From contig JBITAC010000048.1 in the NCBI GenBank assembly GCA_044439905.1, positions 334 to 64,333 on the forward strand: a stretch of 64,000 bases of DNA. Reading direction: 5' to 3'. Source of the DNA: Phycisphaerales bacterium JB063. Its GTDB lineage: Bacteria > Planctomycetota > Phycisphaerae > Phycisphaerales > Phycisphaeraceae. Position 1 is the stretch's first letter, and each line of letters opens with the position of its first letter. The notes beneath the pieces were generated by a model. It worked only from the letters and a program-made list of their open reading frames with translations, did no database searches and had not been told where the DNA came from. This document shows, piece by piece, positions 1-7,634 of this stretch. The translations under genes and the position numbers were made by a program.

Positions 1-1361
1 CAGGCCGAGGCCATGGACGACGAGCCGTTGGACTCAAGGATGTCCGAGACCAGGCGGACGGTGTAGGGGAACTTTTCGACGGGCGGGAGCACGGGCAGCA
101 GTGCTTTTTCAGCCAGCTTGCCGTGGCCGATCTCGCGTCGCCCCGGGCCGGTGATGCGTTTGGCTTCGCCGACGGAGAACGGCGGGAAGTTGTAGTGCAG
201 GTAGAACTTTTCGGAGTACTCCTGGCCAAGCCCGTCGACGATCTGCTCGTCCTTGCCCGTGCCGAGCACCGCGGTGACCAGCGCCTGCGTTTCGCCGCGC
301 TGGAACATACCGCTGCCGTGCACGCGGGGGAGCAGGCCCGTCTCGCAGACGATACGGCGCAGTTCGTCGGCCGCGCGGCCGTCGGTCCGCTTACCGTCGC
401 GGATGATCGCACGCGTGATGTCCTCTTCGAGGTCGTGCGCCGCGACCTTCGCCAGCTTCAGGCGGTCACGGTACTGGTCGATCTGGTACGGCGTGGCGTC
501 TTCACCCGGGGCGGGGAAGTGCTCGGCAAAGAAGGCCTTCTTGCAGTCCTTCACCGCGACCTGGCGGTCGAGCTTCGAGCCGTCGGAGGTCTTCGCCTCA
601 CGCAGCGGGCCGCCGAGCTTCTCGTTGACCAGCTTGGCGATTTCGTCGGGGACCACGACCGGGCCGCCGACCTTTTCCTGGCCGCACTTGGCCTGCAGGT
701 CCTTGATGAGCTGGGTGATCTGCTTGACGTACTCGTAGCCAAACGCGACGGCATCGTTGAGCTCGTCCTCGGGCATCTCGTAAGCCCCGACCTCGATCAT
801 GTTGATGCCGTCTTCGTGGCCACACAGCAGCATGTCCAGGTCGGAGTAGGCGTCCTGCGCAGCGGTGGGCATCGCGACCAGTTCGCCGTCGACCCGACCC
901 ACACGGACGTTACCGACCGGGCCCTGGAACGGGATATTGCTGATCGACAGCGCGGCCGAGGCGGCGATACCCGCGAGGACGTCGGGCTCGTTCTGCCCGT
1001 CGTACGCCATCACCCAGCACTGGATCTGGACCTCATCGATATAGCCCTTGGGGAACAGCGGCCGAATCGGCCGGTCGATGTTCCGCATGGTGAGGATTTC
1101 TTTCTGGTTCGGGGGCCCCTCGCGCTTGCGGAAGCCGCCGGGGAACTTGCCCGCGGCGCTGATCTTCTCGCGGTAATCGACGGTGAGGGGGAAGAAGTCC
1201 AGGCCCGGGCGCGGGTCGGAGTGCACCGCCGTCCCCAGGATCACGGTCTCGCCGTACTGCACAAGCACCGAGCCGCCGGCCTGCTTGGCGAGCTTGCCGG
1301 TCTCGATGGATAACGTACGGCCCGCGAGCTCGAGCTCGACGCGATGGATCACTTCTGACAT
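1..1361 (-). CDS. pnp: Polyribonucleotide nucleotidyltransferase (PNPase), 5' part; runs off the window start
   Basis: The minus-strand frame from ATG 1361 reads MSEVIHRVELELAGRTLSIETGKLAKQAGGSVLVQYGETVILGTAV...DFFPLTVDYREK...PGGFRKREG. It lies downstream of rpsO, the classic rpsO-pnp order. Absent from the ORF track because it is open at the window edge. Confidence 0.97.
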   Translation of the reverse strand, partial: MSEVIHRVELELAGRTLSIETGKLAKQAGGSVLVQYGETVILGTAVHSDPRPGLDFFPLTVDYREKISAAGKFPGGFRKREGPPNQKEILTMRNIDRPIRPLFPKGYIDEVQIQCWVMAYDGQNEPDVLAGIAASAALSISNIPFQGPVGNVRVGRVDGELVAMPTAAQDAYSDLDMLLCGHEDGINMIEVGAYEMPEDELNDAVAFGYEYVKQITQLIKDLQAKCGQEKVGGPVVVPDEIAKLVNEKLGGPLREAKTSDGSKLDRQVAVKDCKKAFFAEHFPAPGEDATPYQIDQYRDRLKLAKVAAHDLEEDITRAIIRDGKRTDGRAADELRRIVCETGLLPRVHGSGMFQRGETQALVTAVLGTGKDEQIVDGLGQEYSEKFYLHYNFPPFSVGEAKRITGPGRREIGHGKLAEKALLPVLPPVEKFPYTVRLVSDILESNGSSSMASA

Positions 1362-1529
1362 TTCAAAGTCCTTGTCCGATGGCGCAAAGGAGGGAGGTTG
1401 CGCCGGCGCTTCGCCATCGTGGCCCGCCTCAAAGGATCGAGACAGACCTCGCGCCGGCGTGGTCGCCGCCTGGTGGAAAGCCAGACTCGGATGACAGGTG
1501 GCCGAGACGAGTTCGGGGGCAGGGTGATG

Positions 1530-1575
1530 CAGGCATCCTGCCTGTCATCTCCTGGAACCACAGGCAGGATGCCTG
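1530..1575. repeat. REP-like inverted repeat (16-bp perfect arms CAGGCATCCTGCCTGT / ACAGGCAGGATGCCTG)
   Basis: Arms at 1530-1545 and 1560-1575. A single related arm (ACAGGCAGGAATGCCTGCC) occurs at about 3891-3909. Confidence 0.8.
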
Positions 1576-1704
1576 TGCCACCGGCTCGGCTGGGCTAACT
1601 GCCGTCGTCGCCTGCCCGCTACATCGCGGGGCCACGAGGCGGTGGGCCGGGGCGCTCAAACTGTCACGCCTCGGCCGACTTGGCCCGGCCCGGAGGCCGA
1701 ACCC

Positions 1705-1736
1705 AAAACAAACGCCCGCGCTCTCGCGCGGGCGTT
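1705..1736 (-). terminator. Intrinsic terminator after rpsO
   Basis: Minus strand AACGCCCGCGC-GAGA-GCGCGGGCGTT followed by TGTTTT, just after the rpsO stop. Confidence 0.75.
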
Positions 1737-1745
1737 GCAATTCGC

Positions 1746-2015
1746 TTACTTACGCAGGCCGAGCTTCGCGATCAGGTCGAGGTACGACTGACGGTTGCTC
1801 TTCTTCAGGTAACGGAGCAGGCGGGTCCGCTTCGAGACCATCGCCAGCAGACCGCGCTGCGACGAATAGTCGTGCTTGTGCTGCTTGAGGTGGGCGGTCA
1901 TCTCCTTGATCCGGTGGGTCAGGATCGCGACCTGGACCTCGGGGCTACCGGTGTCCTTGTCGTCCCGGCCGAACTCGGCGATGACTTCCTTCTTCTTCTC
2001 AACAGTAATGCTCAT
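1746..2015 (-). CDS. rpsO: 30S ribosomal protein S15
   Basis: 89 aa with [13 protein letters not shown]...[23 protein letters not shown]...LGLRK. Confidence 0.99.
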   Translation of the reverse strand: MSITVEKKKEVIAEFGRDDKDTGSPEVQVAILTHRIKEMTAHLKQHKHDYSSQRGLLAMVSKRTRLLRYLKKSNRQSYLDLIAKLGLRK

Positions 2016-2117
2016 ACTCGTAAACCTTTATTATCCCGACACTTCCAAGCCCGCGAGAACGCCCCGCGAGCCGAGAAGGCGATGACCCCCAAGGCACCAC
2101 GCCACAGGGAGCCCCGC

Positions 2118-2146
2118 ATTGTAGCGGGGTGAGGATTGGGGGGCAA
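2118..2146 (-). promoter_or_regulatory. Sigma70-like promoter of rpsO
   Basis: Minus strand TTGCCC (2146-2141), 17-nt spacer, TACAAT (2123-2118), about 100 nt upstream of the rpsO ATG. Confidence 0.65.
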
Positions 2147-2183
2147 TCGCCACCCCGAGCCGGACCGGGGGCGGCTGGATCGA

Positions 2184-2260
2184 CAGCCGGTGACCTACGG
2201 GCATCGGACCCTGTGGGGTGTCTTGACGTCGCACATCCGGCGTCCGCAGGCCGTCGGCTG
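2184..2260. repeat. REP-like imperfect inverted repeat, second copy at 17644-17717
   Basis: Arms CAGCCGGTGACCTACGGGCATCGGA and TCCGGCGTCCGCAGGCCGTCGGCTG. The right arm and parts of the spacer match the copy before mutL. Confidence 0.75.
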
Positions 2261-2339
2261 ATCCGAGCCAACCCCGCCGCGTGTGACGCAACGGCTAAAA
2301 ACGCTGCCTATCAACCGATCGCTGGAGTACGATGAGGGC

Positions 2340-3209
2340 ATGCGAATCACCCCCCGCCTCGCCGCCGCCCTGTCCCTGCTCCTGCTCCTCCTGCTCACGA
2401 CCGCCCCACCGCTCGTTGCGCAGGCGGACGAAGTCGAGTACGCAGAAACGCCAACCAACCTGCGAGAACTGATCGGCGAAGATCAACCTGACGGCGTGAT
2501 TTACGACTATATCCTGGATAGCACCTTCAGCGCAAATGGCGCACGCACCCTTACGCAACAAACCTGCGAACAAGATGATGACGGCTGGCACTTCACCAAA
2601 CGCGAATGGATGATCGGCTACAACCAAACCGCAAGGACCGACTGGCATTTCTCGCCAACAGGTGAACTTGTCGAATACATGCTTGTTTCCTGGAGCCCGG
2701 CTACGACGCTGACAAGGCAAGTCGTGCGGGACTGTGATAGCCAGGAGTTCATCCGCAAGTATGAGCCGAACGACGATCGGGAGTCAGAGACATTCAGCGA
2801 CACGATCGAGATTTATAGAGCCGATGACGCAATCCCTGATGCTTGGCTGACCCTTGCATTCGCTTATCACATTCGTCAAGAACACGAGCAGTTCATCATC
2901 CGGACGCATACGATACCTGGTCCTAGCATGATCCTCGTGCACACGGCCGAAAACACAGGCACCGAGACTATTCAACTGCACGGGGAACAGACCACCGTCC
3001 ATGTGCTGGTTGTTGACATCTATCAAGAGGTCGATGGCCAACGCGTAGAGGGAGGATCACTGGCCGAAGCCACGATGTATGTGCTTCCTGACGGCTCAAT
3101 TGCCGCGGACCGTTGGGAGGAACGTAGCACCAATATGACCCGAGAAGCGGTCACGGCTGATGAAGTGGATGAGATTCTCGGCGAGGTCACGCTACCCGGG
3201 AACCCCTAG
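2340..3209 (+). CDS. Exported hypothetical protein, paralog of 49228-50142 and 50197-51132
   Basis: Signal peptide (MRITPRLAAALSLLLLLLLTTAPPLVAQA). Shares the motifs YAxTPTxLxEL, PxxWxxLxFAYxxRxxHxxF, GTE and VLxDGxI with the two island proteins. Confidence 0.8.
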   Translation: MRITPRLAAALSLLLLLLLTTAPPLVAQADEVEYAETPTNLRELIGEDQPDGVIYDYILDSTFSANGARTLTQQTCEQDDDGWHFTKREWMIGYNQTARTDWHFSPTGELVEYMLVSWSPATTLTRQVVRDCDSQEFIRKYEPNDDRESETFSDTIEIYRADDAIPDAWLTLAFAYHIRQEHEQFIIRTHTIPGPSMILVHTAENTGTETIQLHGEQTTVHVLVVDIYQEVDGQRVEGGSLAEATMYVLPDGSIAADRWEERSTNMTREAVTADEVDEILGEVTLPGNP

Positions 3210-3213
3210 TCGA

Positions 3214-3777
3214 TCAAACCCCCGACCGGGCGATCAGGTCCATGAACTGGTCGGTGAAGACGAAGTTCTCTTCCGGGAACTCCAAGCCCTGCATGTTCTG
3301 GTCGATGTGGCTGAACATCATCTCGATCGTCGCGAGCAGTTGCGGCTCGGCGTCCGGGTTCGCAGGGTCAAGCAACTCGACGATGCCGGCCGTGGAGCTG
3401 CCGCGTTCGTCGAGGTGGGTGATCTCGGCGGTGTGGCGGATCGTCGTGCCCGGCGTCGCGCTGACGCCGGTGAAGATGGCCTTGCCGATCTTGGCGAGGA
3501 TGACCTTCTCTTTGAAGTCGTTGGCGTGGCCCGTCAGGATGCCGGCGGTCTGGGCGTAGCCCTCGATGATGAGCGTGTTGGGCATCACGGGATACGCAGC
3601 ATGCTCGGTGCCCGGGGCACAGCCGGTCGCGCCGCCGTTGAACCCGCCCAGCGCGTTGGTCTTGCCTGACGCGAAGTGGTCGTGCAGCACATCCTCGGCC
3701 GCGGTGACGTTGCGCAGCGCGACGCAGCGTTTGGCCTTGTCAAGTTCGAGGATACGGTCCAGCCAGATCCAGCGCAT
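3214..3777 (-). CDS. FabZ/FabA-like 3-hydroxyacyl-ACP dehydratase (hotdog fold)
   Basis: MRWIWLDRILEL...LHDHF...VMPNTLIIEGYAQTAGIL...VILAKI; adjacent to an ACP. Confidence 0.85.
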   Translation of the reverse strand: MRWIWLDRILELDKAKRCVALRNVTAAEDVLHDHFASGKTNALGGFNGGATGCAPGTEHAAYPVMPNTLIIEGYAQTAGILTGHANDFKEKVILAKIGKAIFTGVSATPGTTIRHTAEITHLDERGSSTAGIVELLDPANPDAEPQLLATIEMMFSHIDQNMQGLEFPEENFVFTDQFMDLIARSGV

Positions 3778-3799
3778 AGGTTAGGTCTCGTCCTGCACG

Positions 3800-3865
3800 G
3801 AGCACGAAGCGTCAGCGGGTGACAGAGCAACCGGCGGGGTCATCACTCGCTGACGCTTCGTGCTC
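3800..3865. repeat. REP-like inverted repeat (23-bp arms, 1 mismatch)
   Basis: GAGCACGAAGCGTCAGCGGGTGA (3800-3822) and TCACTCGCTGACGCTTCGTGCTC (3843-3865), between the ACP and fabZ-like genes. Confidence 0.85.
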
Positions 3866-3922
3866 TGAAAAACTTCGGCTGCGCCCAATGACAGGCAGGA
3901 ATGCCTGCCCTCCTCGTGAAGA

Positions 3923-4309
3923 TCAGCCCAGCTTGCTCTTGACGAACTTGCAGACCATATCGACGGTGAACACGTCGCCGAGCTTCTCGACCTGGGGGTC
4001 TTTCTCGAAGCCGCTGAGGTCGGCGTGAGGCATCTTCTCGCGGAGCTTGGCGATGCCCTCGTCGGTGACTTTGCCGTCGGCGACGATGCCGTCGTCAGAA
4101 AGCACGGACTGGTCGAACATCTCGGTCTCGCCGATCTTGATGTCGAAGGCCTTCTCGAGACGGAAGCTGATGTCGAGGTAGTCGATGGACTCGGCACCGA
4201 GGTCTTCGCCCAGGCGGGCCTCGGGGGTCACTTCGTCGTCGTCCACGCCGAGCGCTTCTTCAAGGACTTCCTGGATCTTCTCAAAGATTTCTTCATCAGA
4301 CATCGACAT
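3923..4309 (-). CDS. Acyl carrier protein, long form with internal insertion
   Basis: IQEVLEEALGVDDDEVTPEARLGEDLGAESIDYLDISFRLEKAF contains the phosphopantetheine Ser; C-terminal FTVDMVCKFV. Start at 4309 or 4303. Confidence 0.9.
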   Translation of the reverse strand: MSMSDEEIFEKIQEVLEEALGVDDDEVTPEARLGEDLGAESIDYLDISFRLEKAFDIKIGETEMFDQSVLSDDGIVADGKVTDEGIAKLREKMPHADLSGFEKDPQVEKLGDVFTVDMVCKFVKSKLG

Positions 4310-4465
4310 CGTCGGCGTTCCTGTCGTGGGGGGCATGTTCAGGGTCGGCCGACCTTTCGGGTCGGCTAAGCGGGGTATCGTAGCGATTTTCGGGTGGACC
4401 GTCGAAGCCGAGCCGGTGCGGCGTCGGGCGGGAATCGGGCGTTGCGGGGCGTGGGCGTGTCGCGG

Positions 4466-4864
4466 TCAGGCCGGGTCGGCAATGGGCTCGAGGGAGAATC
4501 GGCCGGTGACAGCGGTGCGGCCCTCGACGCTGCCGGTGCCCTGGAAGTCGTAGCGGTGGCCGTCGCGTTTGCGGAGCGTGATGTCCAAGGCCAGCGTCTC
4601 GCCCGGGCGGACCATCCCGCTGTAGCGGACGTTGCGGACCTCGGCGACCACCAGCGGGCGCGGCGGCGGGTCGTCCGCCCCGGCGGCGTAGTGACGCGCC
4701 GCCTGCACCAATGCCTCGAGCATCATCACCCCCGGCAGGATCGGGAAACCCGGGAAGTGATCGCCCAGGTATTCCTCGGCCGCGCTGACGCTCTTCACCG
4801 CCGACAGCGACTCGGCCTCCCGCGAAACCACTTTGTCGATCAGATCAAACTTCACAGCAGACAT
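4466..4864 (-). CDS. FabZ-like 3-hydroxyacyl-ACP dehydratase
   Basis: KFDLIDKV...AEEYLGDHFPGFPILPGVMMLEALVQAA...VRYSGMVRPGETL. Start taken at ATG 4864. Confidence 0.9.
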   Translation of the reverse strand: MSAVKFDLIDKVVSREAESLSAVKSVSAAEEYLGDHFPGFPILPGVMMLEALVQAARHYAAGADDPPPRPLVVAEVRNVRYSGMVRPGETLALDITLRKRDGHRYDFQGTGSVEGRTAVTGRFSLEPIADPA

Positions 4865-4969
4865 CCTGGGAAAGGGCGCACGGAGTGTATCGGTGTGCCG
4901 CACGCCCCGCAAAGCCGACGGGCGAGCCCACCCCGCCACACGCTCCCTGTGATCCGCTACGATCCGCCC

Positions 4970-5827
4970 ATGCCCGAGCCGGTCGTCTATCTCAACGGCG
5001 AGTTCCTGCCCAAGCCCGACGCGACGCTCAGCGTCGACGAGCGCGGCGTGCTGTTCGCCGACGGCGTCTACGAGGTCGTCCGCTACTTCCACGGGCAACC
5101 ATTCACCCTCGAACAACACACCGACCGCCTGGCCCGATCACTCGACGGCATCGACCTGTGCTTTGACGCCCGATCGCTCGGCGGAATCAGCGACCAACTC
5201 GTCGCACGCAACGCGCTGCAAGAGGCCCGCGTGTACTGGCAGGTCTCACGCGGCGCGGCAACACGCAGCCATATCATCGACCCCGCTACCGCGCCGACCG
5301 TCTACCTCACTGCCGAGCCGGCCGAGCCACTCCTCCCCGACGCCCCACTGCCGACGATCACCGCGATCACCGTGCCCGACGACCGCTGGACCAACTGCTG
5401 GATCAAGTCGCTCATGCTCGTCCCCAACACGCTCGCCAAGACCAAGGCCCACACCAAGGGCGCGGGCGAAGCGATCTTCATCCGCGACGGCCGGGTCACC
5501 GAGGGCAGCTCGACCAACTGCTTCGCCGTGTTCGATGGTGAGCTCTACACGCACCCCGCCGACCGGTACATCCTCGAAGGCATCACCCGCAACGTCGTCA
5601 TCGACCTCGCACGCCGACTCGGCATCCCCGTCCACGAACAGGCCTTCAGCGCGATCGACCTCCCCGCCGCCGACGCGTGCTTCATCACCGGCACCGGCAC
5701 CCTGCTCGCCGCTATCACCGCGATCGATGGCAACGCCATCGGCGACGGGACAACAAACGCCATCACGCGGCGGCTTTGGACGGCGTTCAAAGACGAAGTA
5801 CACAAACAAGCACGCCCCACCGCTTAG
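4970..5827 (+). CDS. dat: D-amino-acid aminotransferase-like, PLP class IV
   Basis: VYLNGEF...DERGVLFADGVYEV...RW..CWIKSL (PLP Lys)...EGSSTN...ILEGITR...ADACFITGT. Confidence 0.85.
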   Translation: MPEPVVYLNGEFLPKPDATLSVDERGVLFADGVYEVVRYFHGQPFTLEQHTDRLARSLDGIDLCFDARSLGGISDQLVARNALQEARVYWQVSRGAATRSHIIDPATAPTVYLTAEPAEPLLPDAPLPTITAITVPDDRWTNCWIKSLMLVPNTLAKTKAHTKGAGEAIFIRDGRVTEGSSTNCFAVFDGELYTHPADRYILEGITRNVVIDLARRLGIPVHEQAFSAIDLPAADACFITGTGTLLAAITAIDGNAIGDGTTNAITRRLWTAFKDEVHKQARPTA

Positions 5828-5847
5828 CGCAGCGCCCCTTGCATCCA

Positions 5848-6438
5848 TCACATCCTCTCTGCGGGCGCAAAACAAACCGCCGTATCATCCCCGCCCGTCT
5901 CGCGCAGATACGCCTTGAGCAGGCCGATGTAGCTCGTCTCGATCAATGGCGAATCCGCTAGCCCGAGCTGCTCACGCACCGCGAAGACCTGCGACTCGCT
6001 GGGGCCCTCGATCTCGACAAAATGCCCCAGGCGCGGCAACTCATCCAGCTCAATCAGGCAGCCCTCTAGCCGGTACCGCGTTCGGCGTTTCTCAAACGTC
6101 AGCACACTGCGATAGCCCAAGGCATTGAGCAGCTTCACGATCGCGGCCGGGTCGTCGACGTGGACCTCCGTCTCCTCACGGGACTTGAGTTTGCCCGGCG
6201 AACGCGGCCCCTTGTGGGCGAGGATGTTGACGGTGCGTTCTTCGGGCGTGCCCGGGCCGGTGACCTCGATGCGCAGACGCAAGGCCTGGTCGCTGCGCTT
6301 GAGCGCACCGTCCTCAACATCGAAGTAGCTGTTCGTCTCCGCGAGCTCGGCGACAAACGCCGCGCCTAGCCGCTGCAGCGTCTGCACCAGCGCCGCGCGG
6401 TCGTCCAGACGCATCTTGGCTTCGATCTCAATGGGCAT
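5848..6438 (-). CDS. CYTH-domain protein (class IV adenylate cyclase / CyaB-like)
   Basis: IEIEAK (ExExK), ETNSYFD, ALRLR, KSREETE, FEKRR, LDELPRLGHFVEIE. Confidence 0.9.
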   Translation of the reverse strand: MPIEIEAKMRLDDRAALVQTLQRLGAAFVAELAETNSYFDVEDGALKRSDQALRLRIEVTGPGTPEERTVNILAHKGPRSPGKLKSREETEVHVDDPAAIVKLLNALGYRSVLTFEKRRTRYRLEGCLIELDELPRLGHFVEIEGPSESQVFAVREQLGLADSPLIETSYIGLLKAYLRETGGDDTAVCFAPAERM

Positions 6439-6570
6439 ATTCAATCCTTGGCTTGGCAATTGGCATGACGGCTCGCGACGCAGCGCTACACACTCCCTGA
6501 AAAACGCACGTGCAGCAAGCCGGTAGAATCCGGCCGTCTCGTTTCAATCCTTGCGTGGGAGGACCAAGCT

Positions 6571-7533
6571 ATGGCCAGCGAACGCGTGTATCGGCTGCTC
6601 CGGCTGATCACGCTGCTCCAATCGCGGACGCCTTGGTCCGCCAGCGACCTCGCGCGGGAGATGGGCGTATCCCGCCGGACTATTTTCCGAGACCTCAACG
6701 CCCTCGAAGAAGCGGGTATGCCCTGCCATCATGTCGAGGGGCAGGGGTATCGCCTTGGCCGAAGCACGCAGCTCCCGCCGATGTCGCTCAACGCGGCGGA
6801 GGTGCTCGGGCTGATGCAGCTCATCAAGCAGGCCGGGGCCCAACGCAGCCGACCGATGCACGCCGCGGCGTTGTCGGCCATGTACAAACTCATCTCGACC
6901 GCGCCCGAGTCGCTCCGCAGCACCTGCGCCGAAATGATCGCCAACGTCAGCATCCGCCCCGACGCGGAGATCGCCGGTGAGGCCGAGTCGGCTTACTACC
7001 AAACCCTGCACCGCGCGATCGCCGAGCAGCGCGTCTGCCAACTCCGCTACACCTCCCCCGTCGAGGGCGACGCGATGGAGCTGACGTTCCACCCCTACGC
7101 CCTGCACCACGCAAACCGCGCGTGGTACCTGCTGGGGCACAGCCCGATGCACGACGAGGTGCGCGTCCTCAAACTCGTGCGCATCGACAAGCTCGACCTG
7201 CTCAAGAAAACGTTCACCAGGCCGCGCGGCTTCTCGGTGGCGCAGAAGCTCGGCCACGCCTGGCGTCTGATCCCCGAGGGCAAGGTCCACAAGATCGAGC
7301 TGCGTTTTACGCCGAGGGTCGCGACGAATGTCGCCGAAGTCCGGTGGCACCACAGCCAGTCACACGAGATCGTAAACGACGGGTCGTGCGTGATGCGTTT
7401 CGAGGTCGACGGCCTGCGCGAGATCGCGTGGTGGGTGTGTGGGTACGCCGATCAGGTGAAGGTCGTGAAGCCGAAGCAACTCGCGCAGCTTGTGGCGGAG
7501 ATGCACCAGCGCGCGGCGCAGCAGTACGAGTAA
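6571..7533 (+). CDS. HTH-WYL-WCX transcriptional regulator (YafY/PafBC/DriD-like)
   Basis: N-terminal HTH (LAREMGVSRRTIFRDLNAL), RAWYLLG WYL motif and a C-terminal WCX region (EIAWWVCGY). Confidence 0.92.
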   Translation: MASERVYRLLRLITLLQSRTPWSASDLAREMGVSRRTIFRDLNALEEAGMPCHHVEGQGYRLGRSTQLPPMSLNAAEVLGLMQLIKQAGAQRSRPMHAAALSAMYKLISTAPESLRSTCAEMIANVSIRPDAEIAGEAESAYYQTLHRAIAEQRVCQLRYTSPVEGDAMELTFHPYALHHANRAWYLLGHSPMHDEVRVLKLVRIDKLDLLKKTFTRPRGFSVAQKLGHAWRLIPEGKVHKIELRFTPRVATNVAEVRWHHSQSHEIVNDGSCVMRFEVDGLREIAWWVCGYADQVKVVKPKQLAQLVAEMHQRAAQQYE

Positions 7534-7575
7534 CGCAGAACAGGTTTACCGCGCTGATGTCGCAATGCGCCGCCC

Positions 7576-7601
7576 GGCCTGGTTGCTTAAGCAACCAGGC
7601 C
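7576..7601. repeat. Perfect 26-bp palindrome between convergent genes
   Basis: GGCCTGGTTGCTTAAGCAACCAGGCC is its own reverse complement. Confidence 0.85.
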
Positions 7602-7634
7602 AACCACGCTACCCGCTGCTCAACGTCAAGTGCC

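Noticed and set aside
123-1313. 396-aa plus-strand ORF
   Set aside because: It is the antisense shadow of pnp. The same applies to other long shadow ORFs such as 9697-11616, 19931-21880, 25192-26538, 32923-34551 and 55649-57742, which mirror real genes in high-GC DNA.
3214-4864. Ladderane or aryl-polyene biosynthetic cluster
   Set aside because: No ketosynthase, radical-SAM or other tailoring genes are adjacent; only dehydratases and an ACP are present.
6541-6563. GTTTCAATCC, resembling the start of a CRISPR repeat, next to a WYL gene
   Set aside because: Only an 11-bp partial second copy exists, there is no regularly spaced array, and no cas genes are in the window.
5848-7533. Anti-phage defence locus (WYL plus nucleotide cyclase)
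   Set aside because: The CYTH protein is not a CD-NTase and no effector or defence genes are nearby.
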